Shown here one piece after another: positions 28,113 to 35,818 of a DNA stretch of 64,000 bases. Position 1 is the stretch's first letter, and each line of letters begins with the position of its first letter. The notes below the pieces were generated by a model, which was given only the letters and a program-made list of their open reading frames with translations, had not been told where the DNA came from and did not search any database. Source of the DNA: a virus; the IMG/VR virus record IMGVR_UViG_3300028840_002190; one strand, written 5' to 3'. The position numbers were made by a program, and so were the translations under genes.

Positions 28113-28285
28113 GGATCATTCGGGCCCTTTACTTCGTCGCGTACAACAGTGACGAGAGCCTCTTTCCACAATCAGTAGAGCTCTTCCACACCCTTGGTGA
28201 GGTGCTGGAGGGCGTACCCCCCGACGAACTGAGCCTGCGTAACATCAGCAAGCAGGCCCTTCTCGAGGAGCTAGCGTTCGATTAG
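27998..28285 (+). CDS. Hypothetical protein (true start probably downstream of 27998)
   Basis: 3' two-thirds look protein-like and fill the gap before parB; the 5' part overlaps the Zn-ribbon ORF. Confidence 0.4.
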   Translation: MPSVRKTTSRQKRNRRAGLSAVRKSTLRVDRTSVAQKLRIIRALYFVAYNSDESLFPQSVELFHTLGEVLEGVPPDELSLRNISKQALLEELAFD

Positions 28286-28311
28286 TCTCTAGCTCCACGG
28301 AGTGACCGCCA

Positions 28312-29388
28312 ATGACCGAAAAACAAGAGAACAAAGACACCCCGGTGTCTGCCGACACCCAAGAGTCAAAAAACCAGAAGGAGAAAAACGTGACTGACGC
28401 CAAGGCACCAGAGAAGACTGAGCGTAAAGCTCCGAAGAAGAAAGCCCCTGTCAAGAAGGAAGAGCCGGTAGCGGAGAACAACTTCGTTGTGAAGCTCACT
28501 GACATCGAGCTCCCGGACAAGTGGAACCGGGACAAGCCCGGTAACCTCGGGTCATTGACCACGTCGCTCAAGACCATCGGGCAAATCGTCGCCATGGTCG
28601 TGCAGCCTCACCCCACCAAGAAGGGGAAATATGTCCTCGTGGATGGGCGGCGGCGTTACATGGCGCTCCAAGACGCGAAAATCAAAAATGCGTTCGTTAC
28701 GTTCACCGCGGGCGATGAGACCGAAGCCTACACCAAGTCCCTGGTGGCAAACATCAACCGGGAAGGTCACAACCCTATGGAGATCGCCAACGCGTTCTCT
28801 GAGTTGATCGAAGGAGGTATGAATAACCGCAAGATCGCCCGGGCAGGTGGCGTCTCCGAGGGGTTCGTTTCGCAACACTTGTCGCTCCTCGACCTCGACA
28901 GTGCGGTACAGAAAGCTATCGCGAAGGACGTCATCTCGATGTCCCAGGCGCGCATCCTCTGCCGCGTCAATGTGGAAGAACATTCCACTTTCTTCTTCCG
29001 CCTGTTCGAACAGATGGTAACCAAGGGTCTCAGCGCCCCCGAAGCGGACGAGAAGACGAAAGCGTATCTCGACCGTTACAAGCAGCGCCAAAAGGAGAAG
29101 GAAGAGGCGCAGAAGGCCAAGGACAAAGCCGCTGGGAAGGACACTTCCAGCAAGAAGGGCGCAGGGAAGAAGCCGGAAGAGCCCAAGAAGGGCCCCGGAC
29201 GTCCAGAAGCCGAGGTTCCGACCTATGATGACCGTAAGGCTGACATCCGCCCCTCGAACAAGACGGAGCTCCTTGCCTACCTCAACGGTCACTCCGAGCG
29301 CATGGCGCGCGCCACGTCAGAGAAGACCAAGCAGTTCTTGAAGGGTGTGCTCCACGGTCTGGAGCTGGCTTCCGGTCTGAAGGAATAG
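28312..29388 (+). CDS. parB: ParB/Spo0J-family protein
   Basis: SLKTIGQIVAMVV...YVLVDGRRRYMA (GxRR motif), NINREGHNPMEIA, HTH NNRKIARAGGVSEGFVSQHLSLL. Confidence 0.85.
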   Translation: MTEKQENKDTPVSADTQESKNQKEKNVTDAKAPEKTERKAPKKKAPVKKEEPVAENNFVVKLTDIELPDKWNRDKPGNLGSLTTSLKTIGQIVAMVVQPHPTKKGKYVLVDGRRRYMALQDAKIKNAFVTFTAGDETEAYTKSLVANINREGHNPMEIANAFSELIEGGMNNRKIARAGGVSEGFVSQHLSLLDLDSAVQKAIAKDVISMSQARILCRVNVEEHSTFFFRLFEQMVTKGLSAPEADEKTKAYLDRYKQRQKEKEEAQKAKDKAAGKDTSSKKGAGKKPEEPKKGPGRPEAEVPTYDDRKADIRPSNKTELLAYLNGHSERMARATSEKTKQFLKGVLHGLELASGLKE

Positions 29389-29390
29389 CG

Positions 29391-30443
29391 TTATTCCGCG
29401 CAGAGATCGCTCAAATCATTCACTGACAATCTTCGGAACTCTAACTTCACCTCTTGCAGTAGTCGCTGCTTGATCTGCCGGACACGTTCCGGAGTCAGGT
29501 CGGCGAGTACTGCAAGTTGGTGAAGACTCTTCGAAGAAGTTCGGCGCGTTTTTTCAGGGATGTTGTAGTACTGGAGTAAGATAAACTTGTCACGCGCACG
29601 CATTGGGATCTTGGAAAGCACGTCGCGAATCATCTTTGCGACAGTAGCGTCAATGACTTCTTCCTCCATATCGGAGTCACTCGTAAGAGGTATCGGACGA
29701 CCCTGGGCGTTCTCGAGAGGGACCATGATGTTGAGAGCTTCCTGGTCAACCACTGGCAGGAAGTCGTGAGCCTCACCTGAAGGGCATGGCGGTAGGCTTC
29801 TAGGGGTAATATCGCCATCTACTCGATAGTCGCAATGGCGGCACATAAACGACGTGGTACGTTGCGCTCTGCGGTGCGACTTATGTTTGTGGGAGGGGAC
29901 GTGCACAATACTGCTACTTTGGATCTCATCAAACATCTCTTTTCGGATCCAATGTGCAGCGTAGGTCAAGAAGCGCGTCCCCTGAGTGATATCGAACTTG
30001 TCGATTGCAATGAGCAGCCCGACGTTTCCCGCTGACGTGAGTTGTTGTATTCGGTACGGGTCTTTAGTAATGGACTTCGCCATGCGTACAACGAATCGCA
30101 AATTACCGTTTACAATACGTTCACGAGCATCGAGATCTCGCCCTCTACCGCACCTCAAGCAATAAGGTGGAGCATAGTAAGTTTCAAATTTGTCCCCGCA
30201 CGCGGTACAAAGAGTTAAGTAGTATTCCGTGGCGTTTTCGTCACCCTCTACGGGAGCGTTGGCGCCACACTCAGTGCAGTAAGGTCTGCGAACTTTGTGA
30301 GGGATTAGCTCGTCGCAATGAGGGCACGTGTTGTAACGCTTAAGAAGCGCGCGCTCTTCTTTGGGACGCAATAACGGGTGCTTTCCCAAGTCTTCATAGT
30401 ACGCTTTAAATGTCCTATCGTTAAACGCGCTTGCCGATTCCAT
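29391..30443 (-). CDS. Sigma70-family sigma factor with Zn-ribbon insertions
   Basis: Region 1.2 YYEDLGKHPLLRPKEE; region 2 ARERIVNGNLRFVVRMAK...GNVGLLIAIDKFD...GTRFLTYAAHWIR; region 4 SLHQLA...LTPERVRQI. Confidence 0.9.
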   Translation of the reverse strand: MESASAFNDRTFKAYYEDLGKHPLLRPKEERALLKRYNTCPHCDELIPHKVRRPYCTECGANAPVEGDENATEYYLTLCTACGDKFETYYAPPYCLRCGRGRDLDARERIVNGNLRFVVRMAKSITKDPYRIQQLTSAGNVGLLIAIDKFDITQGTRFLTYAAHWIRKEMFDEIQSSSIVHVPSHKHKSHRRAQRTTSFMCRHCDYRVDGDITPRSLPPCPSGEAHDFLPVVDQEALNIMVPLENAQGRPIPLTSDSDMEEEVIDATVAKMIRDVLSKIPMRARDKFILLQYYNIPEKTRRTSSKSLHQLAVLADLTPERVRQIKQRLLQEVKLEFRRLSVNDLSDLCAE

Positions 30444-30493
30444 CCTTAACTCCCCGTGCTTAAATACCTATATCAGATACTGCCAAATAGAAG

Positions 30494-30522
30494 TTGACTT
30501 GTCCATACTGATCCAATAACGT
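30494..30522 (+). promoter_or_regulatory. Sigma70-like promoter TTGACT-N17-TAACGT
   Basis: Hexamers at 30494-30499 and 30517-30522; AAGGAGG RBS then ATG 30549. Confidence 0.55.
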
Positions 30523-30548
30523 GGATAGACCGCCAAGGAGGACCTCTC

Positions 30549-31571
30549 ATGAGTAAAGCCAAGAAAAAAGAAGAACCCAAACAGGAGAAAGAAGAGATGA
30601 GCGACAAGCAAGAGCCGACTGACATCGTCAAAGCAGACAGCGCAGAGCTGGAGAAGACGATCCAATCCCCCGTCCTTTTGGATCTCGTACAGCAAGTCAA
30701 GAACCCGAGGTTCTATGACAAGTTCCGTACTCAGCTCGAACGCGTTCGCCGCCCCACTCTCAACGAGTTGGTGAGCATAATCAACACGATTCCCGAAGAG
30801 TATCAGGACGCTATCACCACCTTGATGAAGAAGATGGATCCGAACCGTCCCGGACTTTACCTCGCGGATTCGCGACCCCAACTCACAGAGCTCCGGCTCT
30901 ACCAAGGGTCCGGTAACGACCCTAACCGTCCCGACAATTGCCGCGTAGGGCACTTCTACTTGACCACCAAACAGAATGTCGGAGCGAAATTCGAGGGTGC
31001 AGTTCTCGCACTGTGGCAGGGACGCACCATGTGGGCAGGTCCCGAAGATCCTCGCAGCGGTCCCGTCTGTACGTCGATGGACCGGGAAGTGGGTTCCAAG
31101 TACGGAACTTGCGAAACCTGTCCTGAGCGCCCATGGCGTGATGGTGAGAAGACAAACTGTAACGACGACGTTGTCGCGTTCATGCTGCCTAAGGCTATGG
31201 ACGATATCATCATCGTCCGGTTTTCGCGTACGTCGGAGGCTTCCGGACGGCAACTCTCTAAGTTCGCCGCTAAGAACCTCGTGCCGTGGCAGCGCTTCTA
31301 CGAGATCACCGCGAGTGAGCGGCAGGGCAAGGGCGGCGCTTCGATCAAGTGGCACGTCATGAAAGTAGAGCCTTCCGAGGATTCGATGCCTACCGAGTTG
31401 ATGGAGTTCTGTGCTGCGCTGTGTGCAATGGCGGAACACGACTTTATCCTCCCGGGTCTGGGACGCATCTATAACGACGCCGCGGCCCTCAGCGGAGACG
31501 CCGCAACTTCGCAGAGTGGCGATGCCGTCAAGGATGCTAGCGAATACGACGACTTCGAAGACAACGTCTAA
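30549..31571 (+). CDS. Putative single-stranded DNA-binding/annealing protein
   Basis: 340 aa heading the replication operon; Cys cluster VCTS...GTCETCP...NC; acidic tail EYDDFEDNV typical of SSBs. Family not confirmed. Confidence 0.45.
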   Translation: MSKAKKKEEPKQEKEEMSDKQEPTDIVKADSAELEKTIQSPVLLDLVQQVKNPRFYDKFRTQLERVRRPTLNELVSIINTIPEEYQDAITTLMKKMDPNRPGLYLADSRPQLTELRLYQGSGNDPNRPDNCRVGHFYLTTKQNVGAKFEGAVLALWQGRTMWAGPEDPRSGPVCTSMDREVGSKYGTCETCPERPWRDGEKTNCNDDVVAFMLPKAMDDIIIVRFSRTSEASGRQLSKFAAKNLVPWQRFYEITASERQGKGGASIKWHVMKVEPSEDSMPTELMEFCAALCAMAEHDFILPGLGRIYNDAAALSGDAATSQSGDAVKDASEYDDFEDNV

Positions 31572-31583
31572 CCTAGGGGGAGG

Positions 31584-31616
31584 AGTGAGGGGGTGCAACG
31601 CCCCCTCACTTTTTTT
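31584..31616 (+). terminator. Rho-independent terminator
   Basis: AGTGAGGGGG stem, TGCAACG loop region, CCCCCTCACT stem, then T-tract; directly after the 31571 stop. Confidence 0.85.
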
Positions 31617-31620
31617 AGTC

Positions 31621-32442
31621 ATGACAATCGAGCCGTCGCAATTTGTATTGGATCACGGTCCCTGGTCATACTCCAAAGCGGAGTCAGCGTCGCAATGTCC
31701 GCTACGTTTCTACTACACCTATATAGAAAAGCGTGCGAAGGGGCGTCCGAACGCCGACGCATTGGTCGGACAAGCGGTACATAAAATTCTGGAGTTCATG
31801 ATCAGCGGTAGGGAGTGGAACCTGGCTAGGGATGCTGCGTTAGAGTCCTACGACCTAACGACCAACGAGCTCGACCGCGTTGCAGACATGCGATTCTCCG
31901 CTGAGAATTTCATCCAGAAACTGACCCGGTACCAAGAACGCCACAACATCCAAGACACTTGGATTGAGCGGAAGATGGGCATCACCTTGGAAGGTAAGCC
32001 TACCAAGTTCTTCGCCTCAGACGTCTTCTTCCGAGGAGTTGTGGACTTGGCACTTTTCCCCAAAGATAAAGGACACGTAATCGTCCTCGATCACAAAACG
32101 GGGAAACGGCGGAATCTGAAGTACTACGAGCGACAGTTCGATTGTTACCTCTTACTCGTGAAGGCTACCCTGGGACGCATCAACCAAGGACGCGTCGGAA
32201 TCCATTGGGCGAAGGAAGACCTGATCGAGCTTTCGAAGCAACCCAGAAACCTGACGGAGATTCAGCCATATCAGGAGCAACTGATTGAGTGGTTGAACGC
32301 TTCCGTACAGGCCGCATCCGAAAACCTCGAAACTGCCAAACCAGGACCCCTGTGCCCGTGGTGTGAGCACCAGTCCACATGTCCTGAGTTCGGCCAAGGG
32401 AGCGACGCCGACAATGCCTGCGGAAAGGAAAGCGAAGGGTAA
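31621..32442 (+). CDS. Second PD-(D/E)XK RecB/Cas4-like nuclease
   Basis: WSYSK...QCPLRF, GQAVH, IERKM, RGVVDL, VLDHKTG, QFDCY, C-terminal CPWCEHQSTC. Start re-called to ATG 31621. Confidence 0.82.
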   Translation: MTIEPSQFVLDHGPWSYSKAESASQCPLRFYYTYIEKRAKGRPNADALVGQAVHKILEFMISGREWNLARDAALESYDLTTNELDRVADMRFSAENFIQKLTRYQERHNIQDTWIERKMGITLEGKPTKFFASDVFFRGVVDLALFPKDKGHVIVLDHKTGKRRNLKYYERQFDCYLLLVKATLGRINQGRVGIHWAKEDLIELSKQPRNLTEIQPYQEQLIEWLNASVQAASENLETAKPGPLCPWCEHQSTCPEFGQGSDADNACGKESEG

Positions 32443-35400
32443 GAAACGGGGCATTACCCGCAAACAGATCTGGAAGATCTGGGAAACGGTGTCGCCTCGG
32501 GACTGGTACGAGTTCTTTAACCACTTCAAGCGCGGGTCCAACGTAGAGTTTGCGGGGGACACGACGCTGAAGGCCCTGTGCCCCCACCCTAAGCATCCGG
32601 ACACTTCGCCGTCGTTCTTCGTCTTCACGGCCAAGGGCTACGCTAAGTGTTTTGGTTGCGACTTCTACACCTCCAACCCGATAGAGCTCATCGCGATGTT
32701 GATGGGCGGCACAGATGCCGACGCCGTCCAGTTCTTGAATGAGCGCTTCAACCTGAACTTTTTACCTCGTAAAGCCATTGAAGAGCTGCGAGCACAAAAG
32801 ACCAACCAGAACACCAAGCAAGCGATCATGCACGTATGTAATCAAGTGCTGATTGACGCGCTAGCTGACACCTCTGGAAAAACGCACAAGTTCGCACAAC
32901 CGGCTCTCGACTGGCTCATCAACACTAGAAAAGTTCCTGCGGATATGCTGCATGCTCTTCCAGTGGGGATCATGCCACCCTTGATAGAGCTCGGTAATTT
33001 GGTGGAGGACTACTGCAAGAAACTCAAAACCGCGTGGGACAACGATCCTAAGAGGGGACCTACGCCTCCTGAAGATGTCACTGACAACTCCATCAATTAC
33101 ATGTCCGAATCCTTCAGCGTTCCTTTTACCGTAGGCGGGGTCGTGTGGCCCCTCCACGCAACCCCTACGGAAATTGCACGCCTCAAGATACGCGGACCAA
33201 ACAACAACACTCCTAAAGACATCACGATGCCGATGGATGAGTACGAAGATCTCCTCGGCATGTTCGGACTTGGGTGGGGGCCTTACCAGGCACTCCTTGA
33301 CCCCAAGACGATGAGTGACTGGGCGTATCTCACAGAAGGTGAGATGGACGTCATGTCGTACATGGCCCAAGCTTTGAAGACCGGAAACATCAACTTTCCG
33401 CTCTTCTCGATTGGCGGGAAGGGCGGGTCCGCTCACATCGAACCCATCTTCAAAGCAGCGGGATTCTCCGGCGCTTACATGATCGGAGACTCGCCGAACA
33501 AAGGTTCGTCGGGGGGTGATGTCGTTGTCTACCACTGGATGTCCCACATCAGGGATACACGTGTCAAAGTCTTCACCGGTTGGGACGAACTCATTCCCTG
33601 TGGGGACCTCGACGAAGCTGTACTGACGCATGGCCTCAAGAAAGTTGAGGACACGCTTTGGAAAGACCCGAGCAAATTCTTTGTTCCTGCGTGGCAATGG
33701 TGCGCAGAGAGCGCTATGAGCGCCATCGACAACTTGAGCGATAAAGACTACCGCGTGATGGTGGAAATTGCTTCCCAGATTGGGAGCTGTCTTCGAAACC
33801 GTCACGACATTGAGCAGTACGCTAACGAGATCTCTTCCGCGTATGACGAGATCACGGTTCCCATCCTGAAACGTGAAATAGCCTCCAGCGAGGACACAGA
33901 AACGGGGTTCATCCTACGGTGCACTGACGCTTTGAAAGACCACTTCGCCACCCTCGCCACCAAGTTGGAGAGCGGTAATCGGTGGTTGTTACTCTACGCT
34001 AAACGAGCACGTGAATACCGAAAAATCAAACTGGACAGTGAACAGTCTATCGCTCAGGAACTCGCACCGACAACGGGTAATCTCCTCCAGTTTATACGCA
34101 ACGAAGTAGGCTTTCCGGCTTTCATGGACGACCCCGAAGAGCTTGACGGTCAAGGACGTAAACGAGCTGATCAGAATGTCCGCTACTACCTGAAAGAAGC
34201 GTGTTTGGACATGGCACAAGGCGTACCCGATCTCACCGCGACGAAAACATTGCGTCAAGGATACCACACTGTCAAGGGCTCCGACGGTACGCGTGAGTTC
34301 ATTGTCTGCGGCAAAGACGTTCTACATATCGAGAGATCCTCCAACGGAGCACCTATCTACAAGCATCTCGACGGACCAGCACACGAGGGTATCCTATTCG
34401 ACCTGGGCCTCATCAACCCTCAAGAGGACACGGAACCCTGGTACCCCGGAGGGCTTACTACAAAGGTCCTCGAGGATGCCCAGAACATCAACGTAGATGC
34501 CCTATTCAAGGAGCTACAACACTTCTTCGATATCGGATTCCAGTTCGCAACTCACGACATCATGAAAACACTCTTGGCAGCGCAGACACTGATCTTCCCT
34601 GTCATGAACGCTTTCGACCGCCAGATGCTCATGTTCATCACTGGGGAGACGCACTCCGGTAAGTCTACACTCCTCTCAACCTTCGGGGGACCTTTCGTAC
34701 CCAACTTGAAGCTCGTGCTGTGCTCTCAAGGCATGGACAACTATACTGCCGCAGGCGTCATGGCAGCCACCAACTGCGACTCCCGGCTCATGTGTCTCGA
34801 CGAGTTCGAGTTCGAAGGTGCAAAGGCAGAAGCGTCCCGGGTTATCATGGAAATGCTCCGCGGTCTGGTAACTGACCAAGCCAAACGCGTCACCGGCGTA
34901 AAAGACGGAAAGGGTTACAAGGTTACGTATCACCGTCTGCCAATGATCTTGAGCGGCATTACTGGCGCTGAACTGCCCCAGGACCTGAACCGCCTTCTGA
35001 TCGTTGAAATGAAGAAGATTCGTTCTCGCAACAGTCCAGAAAATATCCTCCTTAAAGAATTCGGACAGGAACGGATCCACGAGATGGCTCGCCAAATTGC
35101 TGTAGCGCTCTACCCGCGCGTTCCTGAAATCCTGACACACTACCAGGAAATCAAGTCCCAGTTTGTTGAGCTCAACGCCCTGCTTCCTTTCCCTGTAGAG
35201 TGGCGTTACGCGTCCGCGCTCTTCGGAACGCTGTCTCTTTTGAAATACTTGGGGCACGACTGGCAGTCGTTCTTTCGTGAGTTCGTCTCTCAGAATGCTA
35301 CTACGATTCAGCGTGCGTCAACCATCAACGAGTCTACCAACCTCCTTAACACCATGTTTCGCTATGGTGCGCTTTACAACTACGAGACGAAGCGCAACAC

Positions 35401-35815
35401 TTCCGTCAATACACTTTTGGGGCAGAGCATTACACGTAACGAGATCAACTCTTACGCCTGTGGCGTTTACTACGACGAAGCCACTAAGAACATCATGCTC
35501 CTCCTCAGCCAAGCGATGCCTGTTCTCATCCCTCCACAGAATCCCATGCGAAACGCTAGCGAAGTTCGAATTCGAGACACTCTCGAACGTCATCCGCTGG
35601 CCCTCTCACCTGCAGAGATAAAGAAATCAGGCATGATCCAACGTTCCGCCCCCTTCTTGGGTGTCAATATCGCAGTGGAAGACGTCGTCGCCTTCCGCGC
35701 ACAACCCTGGTTGAACGAGCCCGGTATAGCGGACGATTCAGCACCGAAACCACCGAAGAAAGACGACGATACGCTAGAAAATCCGCAACTGGAAGAGTAT
35801 GACGACTGGGGGTAA
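32414..35815 (+). CDS. DNA primase (Zn-finger + TOPRIM) fused to a P-loop NTPase/helicase
   Basis: CPHPKHPDTSPSF...KCFGC (CHC2-type), LTEGEMD, IGDSP, GDLDE (TOPRIM); ITGETHSGKST and MCLDEFE (Walker A/B). Start re-called to ATG 32414. Confidence 0.82.
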   Translation: MPAERKAKGKKRGITRKQIWKIWETVSPRDWYEFFNHFKRGSNVEFAGDTTLKALCPHPKHPDTSPSFFVFTAKGYAKCFGCDFYTSNPIELIAMLMGGTDADAVQFLNERFNLNFLPRKAIEELRAQKTNQNTKQAIMHVCNQVLIDALADTSGKTHKFAQPALDWLINTRKVPADMLHALPVGIMPPLIELGNLVEDYCKKLKTAWDNDPKRGPTPPEDVTDNSINYMSESFSVPFTVGGVVWPLHATPTEIARLKIRGPNNNTPKDITMPMDEYEDLLGMFGLGWGPYQALLDPKTMSDWAYLTEGEMDVMSYMAQALKTGNINFPLFSIGGKGGSAHIEPIFKAAGFSGAYMIGDSPNKGSSGGDVVVYHWMSHIRDTRVKVFTGWDELIPCGDLDEAVLTHGLKKVEDTLWKDPSKFFVPAWQWCAESAMSAIDNLSDKDYRVMVEIASQIGSCLRNRHDIEQYANEISSAYDEITVPILKREIASSEDTETGFILRCTDALKDHFATLATKLESGNRWLLLYAKRAREYRKIKLDSEQSIAQELAPTTGNLLQFIRNEVGFPAFMDDPEELDGQGRKRADQNVRYYLKEACLDMAQGVPDLTATKTLRQGYHTVKGSDGTREFIVCGKDVLHIERSSNGAPIYKHLDGPAHEGILFDLGLINPQEDTEPWYPGGLTTKVLEDAQNINVDALFKELQHFFDIGFQFATHDIMKTLLAAQTLIFPVMNAFDRQMLMFITGETHSGKSTLLSTFGGPFVPNLKLVLCSQGMDNYTAAGVMAATNCDSRLMCLDEFEFEGAKAEASRVIMEMLRGLVTDQAKRVTGVKDGKGYKVTYHRLPMILSGITGAELPQDLNRLLIVEMKKIRSRNSPENILLKEFGQERIHEMARQIAVALYPRVPEILTHYQEIKSQFVELNALLPFPVEWRYASALFGTLSLLKYLGHDWQSFFREFVSQNATTIQRASTINESTNLLNTMFRYGALYNYETKRNTSVNTLLGQSITRNEINSYACGVYYDEATKNIMLLLSQAMPVLIPPQNPMRNASEVRIRDTLERHPLALSPAEIKKSGMIQRSAPFLGVNIAVEDVVAFRAQPWLNEPGIADDSAPKPPKKDDDTLENPQLEEYDDWG

Positions 35816-35818
35816 CCC

